Assembly (NCBI RefSeq): GCF_963921235.1
Contig: NC_086097.1
Span: 66,404,001 to 66,468,000, forward strand
Reading direction: 5' to 3'
DNA from: Mobula hypostoma
Taxonomy: Eukaryota
Length of the DNA stretch: 64,000 bases
Shown here one piece after another: positions 50,885-61,947 of this stretch. The translations under genes were made by a program, and so were the position numbers. Numbering within the stretch: the stretch's first letter is position 1; every line of letters begins with the position of its first letter. Under the pieces are notes generated by a model. It did no database searches. It saw nothing but the letters and a program-made list of their open reading frames with translations, and was not told the origin of the DNA.

Positions 50885-53800
50885 CACACAAGATAGCCTT
50901 AAACAAAATAAGAGCCCATAATATTGGAGTTAACATACCAGCATGGACCGAGGATTAGTTAACAAATAGAAAACAGTGGGTAGAAATAAATGGGCCATTT
51001 CCAGGCTGGGAAATTTGACTGGTGGGGTGTCAGAAACCTGAACTAGCATCTTGGTTGTTTACAATCTACTTCAGCATTGTGGAATTGGGGATTAAGTGTG
51101 ATTTATCCAGTAGTGCTGATAATAAAAAGTTAGGTGACAGGAGTGTGAGGAGAATGCAGGGAGGCTTTGGGGCAGAAAGCAAAATAAATTACTACTACTA
51201 CGTTCACTCAGGCCTAGGGGGCCGGCATCGGGCACAATGACGGACTCTCCACTTCTCCCTCTCCCTCATCAGTGTGTTCAGTTCATCTATATTAACCGCG
51301 CCGCTGTCTTCTAGGAGTGTGTTGACCATAGTCTTGGAAGGGCACCCAGGGTTCATCCTCATATGCTTGGGCTCCCATATGATGACTAGGCTGGCAGATA
51401 GCTCGGGGTGGCGTAGACAGTGCCCCGCTAGTTGCAGTCTTCTCGCCTCGATTTTAGTGGTGAGCATTGGTAGGTCATCATAGAGCTCGACGTTCGTCAT
51501 ATGCTGTTGCCAACTCACGTCAAGAGTCAACCAGAGCATTCATGTATAGCAACCATCTAGAGACTTTCGCATAGTCTTGGTGAGTGTCCATGTCTCGTAT
51601 CCGTACGTGAGAATGGACTCTATGACTGCTATGAAGATCCCCTTTTTAAGCCTTCTGGTCAGGTTCGACTTCCAGATTTCCTTCATGTCGTTCATAGTTC
51701 CCCACGCCAGCACCTTCCGTATCTTTATGTCCTTCTCTGAACTCATCATTCTTGACCCGAGGTACTTGAAGTCAAAGACTTTCTTAATGGTATCATTCTT
51801 TACGGTCTTGAGAGTACCTTCGTTGCAGTTAAACGCCATGTACTTTATATTTTTAGTATTTAGGTGAAGTCCAACTTTATTGCACTCAATTTCCACTTTT
51901 GTCAGTAGCTGCTGTGCTTCCTCCATCTGGTCAGAGAGCAGGACTATGTCATCTGCAAAATCGAGATCTGTGAGCATAACTGGTCTGACCCTTTTGGTTC
52001 GTCCTGGTTTTATGGTAAAACCAAGCTTGTCATGATCTTTGGTAGTTTGACGTAGAGTGTAATCACGGACGATTATAAAGATGTAGGGTGCCAGAGTGTC
52101 TCCTTGCAGCACACCAGCTAAGAGCTCGAACACTGCTGTTTCTCCGTCTGGTGATGAAACTTTCGCCATGGTTTTGGTATAGCAGGACTCTATTGCTCCC
52201 AGTAGACAGTCTGGCACTCCGTAAGCTTTCAGGATCTTCAGCATTTTACCTCAGTGAATTTTCACCTTTGTGAAAATCAATGACAGTAAGCACGGCTGGT
52301 AGGTTGTTCTTCTTGACTTCCTCGATGATTCTACGGACAGCAAGTATTTGCATTACTGTTGTGCGCTTCTGCCGAAAACCATTCTGATTGAATCTTAGCT
52401 TAGGGTCAATGGCGGTGCGAATCCTGTTCAAGATCATCCAATTTTATAGCTTTGCTAAGATGCAGGTCAAGCTGATACCACGATAGTTACCTGTCTTCGT
52501 GAGGGGTCCAGACTTGGGGATTGGGATAATGTTAGAGAGTGACCACTGTTCTGGTTTGTCGCCTTTCATCAGTGCCGTATTATGTATGTCCAGCAAGATG
52601 TCATCCAGGTCGCAGTTCTTCAGAACATCTGGTGGTATCCCATCTGGTCCAGTGCTCCTGCCCTGTTTGAGTGCATATCTGGCCTTCTTCAGTTCCTCAA
52701 TGGTGAATGGGCTGTCATCGATGTCGACTTGCATTAGTATCGTGGGTATGTCCTCTTCTTCTTCCGTGATCATTGGAAGGCTTCCCAGCAGGTTCTTAAA
52801 GTGGGTAAACCATGTCTGGACATGGCCCTCTGCTGTTTTACCACTTATTTGACCTGATGGGGACTGCTGATCTCGTTGACTAGGCACCATGCTTCTCCAT
52901 GCTGCTTGTCTTCATTAGCAGCCTCTACCTCTCTAATCCTCTCAGCTAGTTCCTCTTCCTTCAGTCGGTCGTAGGTGGCAAAGAGATTCTTCTTTGCTGA
53001 CTTGAACCTGTCTCTTAACTCTTCTGTTTCGCTCCTTCTAAGTTTGGCATGACAAGCATTGGCCACACTTCTTGCTGCGACGATGTCAGGATGTTTCGAG
53101 ATCTGGCTCTTCTTGATTTGCTTCACAGTAGGTAGGCAAACTCTTTGTTGCATCTGTGTGTGCGCCTATGAGCCATTGTTAGCGGTCGGTGGCTGCCTTT
53201 TCCTCTTCCCTTTCCAGCGGGCCGAAGTGATTTCTCACCTCCATTGTGTACTGGGCTTGAAGAATAGGTTGTTAGGAGAATGCCTTCCAGTCTATCTTCT
53301 CCTTGGGACCTGTGGCTTTGGGTTGCCGCAGGCTCAGTCTCACTTGCATTGACACTACTCTGTGGTCAGAACTGACCGAGCTGAAGGTGCTGTAGGCTTC
53401 TCTGTTGATCACACAGTTATACGAGGATGTAGTCGAGCTGTTTCCTGTAGATGGAGGGTCTGTTTTTGTATGTCCACAGCTTACCACCTCGCTTCTCAAA
53501 TTGTGTGTTCCTGGCAATGAGACTGTGTTCCTGGATGAAATCAACTAGATATTGTCCATTTCTATTGGTAAAGTCTTGGTATGAGTATGGAACATCTTCC
53601 AGTCCGACCTGGGCATTAAAATCGCTGAGCACGGCCAGGAAGTTATGTGCCGGATAGCTTCGTGAAGTTTACTGTAGAAGGCCTCCACCTCTTTCTTCTT
53701 GCTGCAGTTGTGGGGGGAGTAACAGATGATGACAGAGGTCGCTGGGTTTCCCTCGAATTCCGCAGTAAGGATTCTGTCACTGACTGAGACCACGCCCCTC

Positions 53801-54780
53801 AGTGCCTCCTTCACCTTGCGGTTCAACGTCAGCCCTACTCCACCTTGTGCTGACATTGTCGTCAGCTCTCTCCATGCAGACGAGGTGATGAGGTGCATCC
53901 CCTCTACTTCTGTGAACCTTATCTCTTCGTCAGGGTGTACATGACGGTTTTCTTGGATCCCCAAGATGAAGATCTCGTAACTGCTTGCCTGTGATGCCAA
54001 CTCTGTGCATTGAGGCAGGAGGCAGATATTGTTTGCGTTGAGATGATCGTTTTTATCTTACAGTGCAAAAGAGGTGCGCTCAGCCCCCTTGTCGGACTCA
54101 ACCCTCCCCGTGGGGTTTGAGGTTGCATCTTCATACTGCCTGTGTAGGCCAGAGTCTGGCATTCCGCAGAGTTTCTAAGCACTCCCGGCTCTGGAAGTAT
54201 ATGGTTTGTGGGTTGTCTGTTATCATAAGGTGCGAAACGAAAGACCGTGTGGCGCGCCAGTCCTCACACAGACTGTGGCCGTTGACTCACAAGGAGTTCA
54301 TCCGCCCTTTGACAGGTTTTGTTTTTATTCCTGCTGGGTGCCTACACACCCTTCTCTCTGGTTAACCGAAGTGCACCAGAGGTGTGCTGGTTGAGTCGCC
54401 GATAACCCGACCCGAGACAGGTAGTACTGGGCCACGTGGTACCAGTAGCAAGGCAAGGCCCTGACCTGACATCAATCATTAATAAATTAATGAATGTCAA
54501 AGGCAACGCACATAGAATATATTGTGGAACATGTTGAGGTCATAAACTTTGGCAGAGAGAATGAAAACGGTGAAGTAAAATATAAAATAGTACAAGATTA
54601 AAAGGTACCAATGTTCAGAGAGACCTGGCTGTTTGCGTACATGAATCACTGAAACTTTAACACCAGACTCAGCAAGTAATTACAAAGAGAATGTGTGCAA
54701 AGAGTGAAAATAAATTGCTTCGGTTGTACACAACCCTGGAATAATGTGTACAAATCTGGTTCCCCTAACTAAGGGGAGGA
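50885..54780 (+). mobile_element. Old CR1 RT remnant (50885-51190 and 54481-54780) split by the RTE insertion
   Basis: LFTIY...ADNKKLG on the left and EYIVEHVEVINFGREN...QRDL.V.VHESLK on the right are colinear CR1 RT motifs. Confidence 0.7.
51191..54480 (-). mobile_element. Full-length (~3.3 kb) RTE-clade non-LTR retrotransposon, single APE-RT ORF broken by frameshifts
   Basis: APE motifs GIQE, GGVG, YSP, DFNA, QLDYIL, SDH; RT motifs NYRGISL, NQNGFR, GVLQGDTLAP, DFADD, FKYLGS; (TAG)n tail; TSD aataaatt(a) 51183-51191 / 54481-54489. Confidence 0.92.
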
Positions 54781-55434
54781 TAAAGATTGGAAACATTAGC
54801 TATTAAGGGAATCAATGATAAGGAGTTATAGTAGGATTTAAAATGTCCAGTAATAAAAGATACCTGATGTCACAGCATAGGGGAAACAAAGTTTAGATTG
54901 CTTCTGCATCTCCAGTTTATTCATCTATTCAAGGGTAGGAGATCCCTTAAATGTTCAAACAGATTATCACAAACAAACTACCTCCCCTACACGGAAAAGA
55001 CTTTTATCATTATAATAAATACAGCATTACTTCTATTAAATAATATTTATTTTCTTAATCCACAAAAACTTGAAAGCCATTGTTAACTTTATATTTGAGG
55101 CTATGATTGGCCACTGATTTGCTAACAGTTACTTGGATTTACCTGTTCCTGTTTAAGGATTATTTCTGTGATCCTGCAACCTCATCATTTACTTAACTGT
55201 GCAAATCTGCAATACACAATATTCATACAGTGCAAGGTTCGAATGAACTATCTATTTTTCACATTTGCTGTTAGAATAGATTTCGTTGGTAACAATTGAT
55301 GGCATTCTCACATCTGAGTTAGAAGAATGCCGGTTCAGTACACAGTCCAATAACTCAAGTTTATCAATCTGGGCTGTAATATAAAGGAAGTGGTGTGAAA
55401 GGAAATGCATTGTCAAAGACTTTAAACAAAGATC

Positions 55435-55646
55435 ATTATACTGTGACCTGAGTTCACTTCAGCTGCTGTTTGTAAGGAATTTGCACATTCTTCCCATAAC
55501 CTCTGGGTGCTCTGGTTTCCTTCCACTTTCCAAAGGTGTTTGGGTCAGCAGGTTAATTAATTAATAATACATGGGTATAATTTGGTGGCGAAGGCTCATT
55601 GGAACGGAAGGGCCTGTTACCGTGCTCTATCTCCAAATAAGTAAAG
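55435..55646 (+). mobile_element. HE1/V-SINE-type SINE, 5'-truncated
   Basis: ctctgggtgctctggtttccttccac..tccaaag domain and gaagggcctgttaccgtgctctatctc tail. Confidence 0.75.
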
Positions 55647-56154
55647 CCCTTGATCAAAATGGTGGCATAAAGCATTTTACAACAAAGGAAACATGCAACA
55701 GATCCAATATGAAGAAGAGCAGAGAAATTAACTTTGGCATCTACACCAATAGTTATTGTTCATCACTATAACAGAATAGATTGGACTAGAAATTTATCCA
55801 TGTAACTCCAGAAACAATGATGTAGTGCTATTGAAGAAAAGAACAATTTTCCACAAATTTCTATGTGTCACAGCACCTTGGAAAATTTGTTTCTTAAACT
55901 TTAAATTGGGATTTTCAATCTCCCTGGCATTTTTATTCCCAGTGCAAGGCTGCCAAATGAGGCCAATAGGACCCATAATTTTTCTGGTCTGAAAAACATA
56001 CAGTTATTATTTACTTGTTGAGTAACAAGCCTTTATTTACCTTGTTTTCCCTGAAATATTTCAAGAGCCAAAAATCAAACTGCATTTTTTGCCCTGTCTT
56101 CAAGTGCCTTGACTGTTTGTCCACAGACATCAAAATAATGTGTACTATTAACTT

Positions 56155-56290
56155 AAGCAACACACACAAAATGCTGGAGGAACTCAGCAGGCCAGGCAGC
56201 ATCTAAGGAAAAGAGTATAGTTGACTATACTCTTTTCCACAGATGCTGCCTGGCCTACTGAGCTCCTCCAGCATTTTGCATGTGTAGCTT
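56155..56290. repeat. 136-bp near-perfect palindrome made of two Penelope terminal-repeat arms
   Basis: aagcaacacacacaaaatgctggaggaactcagcagg...gagtatagtt|gactatactc...ctgagctcctccagcattttgcatgtgtagctt; two 68-bp arms, axis at 56222/56223; arms homologous to 59802-59852. Confidence 0.9.
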
Positions 56291-56863
56291 GGATTTCTAA
56301 AATCTGCAAATTTTCTCATTTGTGACCTTACTCTTAACTTCACTGGCTCAGGACCTTTGCCAGATCTCACTGTTTGCTGCTCATTATTTCAATAGGGAGA
56401 TCACTGAAGCTCCATGCCCAAGAAGGGATTTCATCTATCTTTTCTTCTGGCCCAGTCAGAACATTCATTGCCAGCTTCCTCAAAGTGTAGGAATCAGATA
56501 TTACATTTATGTCCTTACAGACATTTGCCTGGCAATATGCTGCCAGGAGTAATTGCTCATGCTGCTGGAGTATCTCCATGACCTGCATTCACTGAAGATG
56601 TACATCTTGTAGGCATGGTTCTTAACTTGCCTTTCCAAGTCTTTCTGATACCCATTTGAGCATTCTTCCATGCCCACCCATCATTACAGCATTCATTCAG
56701 TTGTACATAATAAACAGTAGCAGAAAAAGACCATTTATCTCTTCTGGCTTTTCTGCTGTTTAGTAAGATCATTGCTAATCTTAACCATCAGCATCGGTTT
56801 CTAGCAATAACACAATATTCCCCATTTCCTGTTAGCCAATTGATCAAAGTTCATCTTAAGTAC

Positions 56864-57692
56864 CTTAGTGCGCATGCACTGGTCGTGCATGCAGCCTGGT
56901 ACAGCCCTTCCAATCTATTCTTACTTTCTTCTTCTTACTTTTTAATTTACGTTATTTTTTTGTTTTTTTTCTCACGGTAACACGTCGAAGCTGCACCCTC
57001 TCTAACATGCTGGTAGAGAGAGTTTTATTTGGGTTTTCTTTAGCGCTGGAAATGGTTACATCCCGACACGCGGGACAGAAGCAAGGTCGCATTGTGTATT
57101 TCACGGACCAGCAAAGACTGGCTGGCTTAGCGAACAGAGCGGTGGACACCCCTGCTGAAATCCGGAGGAAAACACACAGGGGGGGATTACAAAGCCAAGG
57201 AAAGAGGACCGGGTCGAGACAACAGAGACTTTTGGAGAAGAGGAGTTCGGTGGGTAATACCATTCCGGCTGACCGGAAGTGAACTGAGAGTGGTAAGCGT
57301 AAAGGAGTTCAGTGCTTACTGTTCTGGCTAACAACGGATAGTGCAATCCGGGGTATATTACGATTGAGAAACGTGTTTGCAGACTGGGTATTGAACTTTT
57401 TACTGTTGGACTTTGGCTACATTCCACCATGATACAACACTTGGCGGCACGGGAGGTCGTTCCTGCCTGTGGCCATCGAACGTGCAGCTCCTCCCGTGGA
57501 GGGTCAGACACCCTGAGCCAATAGACTGGTCCTGGACTTATTTTCCATCTGGCATAGTTTGCATTTTGGTGTTTGATTGTTGGGGTTTTTTGTATTGCTA
57601 TATTTACGCTCTATTCTTGGTTGGTGCGGCTGTAATGAAACCAAATTTCCCTCGGGATTAATAAAGTATATCTATCTATCTATCTATCTATC
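56864..57692 (+). mobile_element. Internally deleted Rex1/Babar-like element retaining 5' end, ORF start and 3' end
   Basis: ORF 57007-57282 N-terminus (RIVY..DQ...PAEIRRK.HRG); EN scraps (SGKRKG, CNPG, IELFTVGL); 3' aatttccctcgggattaataaagta(tcta)n; TSD taagtac 56857-56863 / 57693-57699. Confidence 0.75.
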
Positions 57693-57822
57693 TAAGTACA
57701 CTGAATTACTGAGCCTAAACAGTCATCGAGTGTAAAATTATAATAATTTGCAACTCTGGGTGAAGAAATTTCTTCTCAATGATGTCATCAGTGGCGAAAC
57801 CCTAATTTTGAGAATGTGACTA

Positions 57823-59766
57823 GATAGAACATCAAACAACACAGATCCTTCGGCCCATGCATTAGGCCAACCTTTAAACCTACTCCAAGATTAATCAAAC
57901 CTTCCCTCTCATATAGCCCTCCATTTTTCTTTTATCCATGTGCCCAACTAAGAGTCTCTTAGATGTCCCTAATATATCTGCCTCTGGAGCACGTGGTAGA
58001 GAGCTTAACATTTTCTCTGTAAAAAACAACCACCCCGCCCCCCCCCGCAATACTTTCTACCAATCACCTTAAAAATATGTCCTCTTGTATTAACCTTTGC
58101 CACCCTGGGGAAAAAAGGTGCTGGCTATGCACTCTATACCTCTTATCACTTTATACACCTCTATCAAGTCTCCTCTCATTCTCCTTTGCTCCAATAAGTC
58201 CTAGATCACTTAACTGTTCGTCATAAGACATGTTCTTTAATCCAGGCAGCATCCTGGTAAATCTCCTCTGCACTCTCTAAAGCTTTCACACTCTTCCTAT
58301 AATGAGGTGGCCAGAACTGAACACAGTACTTCAAGTGTAGTCTAATCAGAATTTCATAGAGCTTCAACATTACCACACAGCTCTTGAACTCAATCTTCCA
58401 ACTGTCACATACCCCGTGACGCGTTAAAGAACCAGCAGAGATGGAAAACACTTTGGAGTCCGGTATTGCTATTAACTAATAATATTTATTAGTGACTATG
58501 CAATACAGTAATATAAATGCAGATAAATCAAACAGGTTAGCAATGATTAAATATAAGTAAGTGTGGAAATATATGAAAACCAAGCTTCTTCAAGTCTGGG
58601 GGAAAATAGATAGTCTTACGATGATGATTAAAGTTCAGTTCAGTACGTGGTATTGAGTTGAGTAGTGATGGAGAGAAAGAGGGAGAGATTTGAGTCTTCA
58701 GGTGCTGACACCATCGATCTTCCCGTTGTCCTCCGAAATCCTTTAAAAGTCACCGACTGTGACCACAACAAAGGGAACCGTTCTTCTGTTTTGGAGCTAT
58801 CAACACAGGCGAGGCTTGGACACACAAATAACTCCCCACCAGTCACACCCTGTCCACACTGTGAGAGTCACTGATCGATCCTCCAAAACCCACTTTTTCT
58901 GTGGGCACAACAAAGCTCATTCAGTGTACAAAATCATGTCCGAGGTCTGTCATCTGACCTTCTATTTATCTCCCCGTGCTGAGTACCAACTGTCTCTCAA
59001 ATCAGCTCCTCCCTTCTCTCTCTGTGTAAGAATGTACAAGCAGGCCATGTTCTTGTAGAAATGTAAACATGCTGCCGAAAAATCATAACACTATCTCAAA
59101 GCAGTCTTCATCTCTCTCTCTCTTAAAAATAAGATGTCGGTGTTAAATAACTCTCTCTTTCTCTTGTTAACAAGGTGTTTGTTGTTGAGCACCTCTCTTT
59201 CTCTCTCTTTTCAAAAGTACAGTTCATAGGGGTAATTCAGGACCCCGTCACACAACCAATGAAGGCCAACACACCATACTCCTTACTTAACTACCCTATC
59301 ACCTTGTGCTGCTATTTTGTGGGATCTATAGGCTTGGAACCCAAGATTCTCTCTGTTCCTCCGCACTACTAAGAATCTTGTCACTAACTTTGTACTTTGC
59401 CTTCAAGTTCAACCTTCCAAAGTGTATCACTTCACGTTTTTCCAGATTGAACTTCATTGGCCACTTTTCTGCCCAGCTCTGCATCCTGTCAATTTCTGTG
59501 ACAACCTTGTACAGCACCACCAACTTCCATGTCATCCGCAAATTTACTAATCTACACTTCCACTTCCTCATCTAAGGTATTTTTAAAAATAACAAAAAGC
59601 AGGGGTCCTGTGGAACACCACTGCTCAGCAACCTCCAGGCAGAAAACATTCCATCTTCTACCACATTCTGCCTTCTGTGGTCAAGCAAATTCTGAATCTA
59701 TATAAACAAGTTTCCTTGCATCACTTGCCTCCTAAATTTCTGAAAGTCTTCCTTGGGGAACCTTGT
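57823..59766 (-). mobile_element. CR1 LINE 3' portion (57823-58402 and 59257-59766) split by a solo LTR
   Basis: LIRLHLKYCVQFWPPHYRK on the left, IDRMQSWAEKW.MKFN.EK.EVIHFGR on the right; contiguous across the LTR. Confidence 0.88.
58403..59252 (-). mobile_element. Solo LTR (850 bp) of an LTR retroelement or endogenous retrovirus
   Basis: TGT...ACA termini; exact 4-bp TSD caac (58399-58402 / 59253-59256); non-coding. AATAAA on the minus strand near the left end suggests minus orientation. Confidence 0.85.
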
Positions 59767-59847
59767 TAGCTACTGGATCTAGACAAATCAAATCTTCATT
59801 ACACGCTGGAGGAACTCAGCAGGTTGGGCAGCATCCGTGGAAACGAT

Positions 59848-59885
59848 CAGTCGATGTTTCGGGCCGGAACCCTTCATCAGGACGG
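59848..59885 (-). ncRNA. Minimal type I hammerhead ribozyme motif in the Penelope terminal repeat
   Basis: Minus strand reads ccGUC-CUGAUGA-A-GGG uuccgg CCC-GAAA-cAUC-GACug: conserved core, stem II and stem I present. Confidence 0.75.
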
Positions 59886-60984
59886 AAGAGGGAAGGGGCA
59901 GATGCCCTATGAAGAAGGTGGGGGGAGGGTGGGAAGGAGAAGGCTGGTAGATTCCAGGTGAAAAACCAGGGAAAGATAGAGGGGTGGGGGAGGGGAAACA
60001 GGGAGGTGATAGGCAGGAAAGGTGAAGAAGGAATAGGGGAAAACACAATGGGTAGTAGAAGGAGGCGGAACCATAAGAGAGGTGATAGGCAGCTGGAGGA
60101 GGGGGCAGAGTGAAATAGGGATAGGGGAAGGGAGGGGGAGGGAATTACCGGAAGTTGGAGAATTCTATGTTCATACCAAGGGGCTGGAGACTACCTAGAC
60201 GGTATATGAGGTGTTGCTCCTCCAACCTGAGTTTAGCCTCATCATGGCAGTAGAGGAGGCCATGTACGGACATATCCTAATGGGAATGGGAAGCAGAGTT
60301 GAAGTGGGTGACAAATGGGAGATCCTGTCTGTTGTGGCGGACGGAGCGGAGGTGCTCGACGAAGCGGTCCCCCAATCTGCATAGGGTTTCACCAATGTAG
60401 AGGAGGCCGCACCGGGAGCACCGAATGCAATAGATGGCCCCAACAGACTCACAAGTGAAGTGTTGCCTCACCTGGAAGGACTGTTTGGGGCCCTGAATGG
60501 TTGCAAGAGAGAAGGTGTAGGGACAGGTGTAGCACTTACGCTCACAGGGATAAGTGCCGGGTGGGAGATCCGTGGGGAGGGACGTGTGGACCAGGGAGTC
60601 ATGGAGGGACCGATCCCTGCGGAAAGTGGAGAGGGGTGGAGAGGGAAAGATGTGCTTAGTGGTGGGGTCCTGTTGAAGGTGGCGGAAGTTGCGGAGGATA
60701 ATGCGCTGGATCCGGAGGCTGGTGGGGTGGTAGGTGAAGACAGGGGGAACTCTGTCCCTGTTGTGGTGGCGGGAGGATGGGGTGAGGGCCAAAGTGCAGG
60801 AATGGAGGAGATGTGGGTGAGGGCATCATTGATGATGGCAGAAGGGAAACCACAATCTTTAAAGAAAGAGGACATTTGAGATGTCCTGGAACGGAAAGTC
60901 TCATCCTGGGAGCAGATGCGGCGGAGATGGAGGAACTGGGAACAGGGAATGGCATTTTTGCATGTGGCAGAGTAGGAAGAGCTA

Positions 60985-61022
60985 TAGTCTTGACGAAGGG
61001 TTCCGGCCCGAAACATTGACTG
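60985..61022 (+). ncRNA. Degenerate hammerhead motif in the second (inverted) Penelope terminal repeat
   Basis: uaGUC-UUGACGA-A-GGG uuccgg CCC-GAAA-cAUU-GACug; first core C is U. Confidence 0.6.
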
Positions 61023-61947
61023 ATCGTTTCCACGGATGCTGCCCGATCTGCTGAGTTCCTCCAGCGTGTTGTGAGTGTTGCTTTGACCCCAGCATCTGCA
61101 GAGTATTTTGTGTTTCGAATCTTCATTATGTTGGAAAAAAGTTGCATATTTCTATGCAATCAACTTGAAAGATTGGTTAGGTGAGAAGACCAAACCTGCA
61201 TGCAGTATTGCAGATATAATTACGACACAACATTTCTATTCTTGTACTTATTGTCTTGCAATTACGTTAACATAGCATTTGCTTTCCTAATGGATTGCTG
61301 TAACTGTCATTAACTTTCAATGATTTGTGTACAATGACTTCAAGATCCCACTGAACATTTATACCTTTCAATCTCTTACTACTGTTAAATACTACTTATC
61401 TTCCATATATTTTTCCATAAACTATGTTCTTGTCTATTCATGTATCTTGTCTATATCTTCCCCAAAGCCTTTCTGTATTCTTCTCATATCCCACACTGCC
61501 ATCTAGATTAGTGTCATTGGCAGTATCCTGTATCTTGAAAATTATTTATTGTGTTGTGACCTTTAAAGAGATGGCTGCAAAGACTATACCTTTTTGATGA
61601 TGTGTCGAGAGCTATGAGAGTCTAATATATCAATATGGAACACCTCTGAAACTGGCACCACTTATAGTAGAGTTACACAAGGAAATACAAGGATGTTTTT
61701 CTATGAATATGTTGTTAGAGTAACTCACAGTATTATTTTATTCCAAAAAATGTGATGAAAAGCAATTTCTAGATCCAATAACCATATACTGAGGACATCA
61801 CATATTCTATATTACAATTGTAACCACTTCAAAGGTACTCAGTTTGCTGTAAAGTACTTGGGGTGCACTGTAAATGGTGTAAAATGCACTATGCAAAATT
61901 TTATTCTCCTCATATCTTGAATTCATAATCTCAGAATTCGCACCAGT

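Larger units (their letters stand above)
59802..61117 (-). mobile_element. Penelope-like element: 5'-truncated body with GIY-YIG endonuclease between inverted terminal repeats
   Basis: ORF 60277-60792 has GAIYCIRCSRCGLLYIGET..RLGDRFVEH; 59802-59885 is an inverted copy of 60985-61069; 11-bp TSD aatcttcatta 59791-59801 / 61118-61128. Confidence 0.93.

Noticed and set aside
54400..54475. Assignment of the RTE 5' end as an HDV-like, twister or pistol ribozyme
   Set aside because: I could not assemble the required helices and conserved nucleotides for any of these classes by eye; kept only as an unclassified structured leader.
56322..56552. ORF containing AHYFNR, superficially TPR-like
   Set aside because: The rest of the frame does not fit a TPR or the expected next TTC6 exon, and there is no convincing splice context.
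60460..61159. Overlapping long ORFs (139, 182 and 167 aa) as independent genes
   Set aside because: They are alternative frames, antisense frames or frameshifted pieces of the Penelope coding region.
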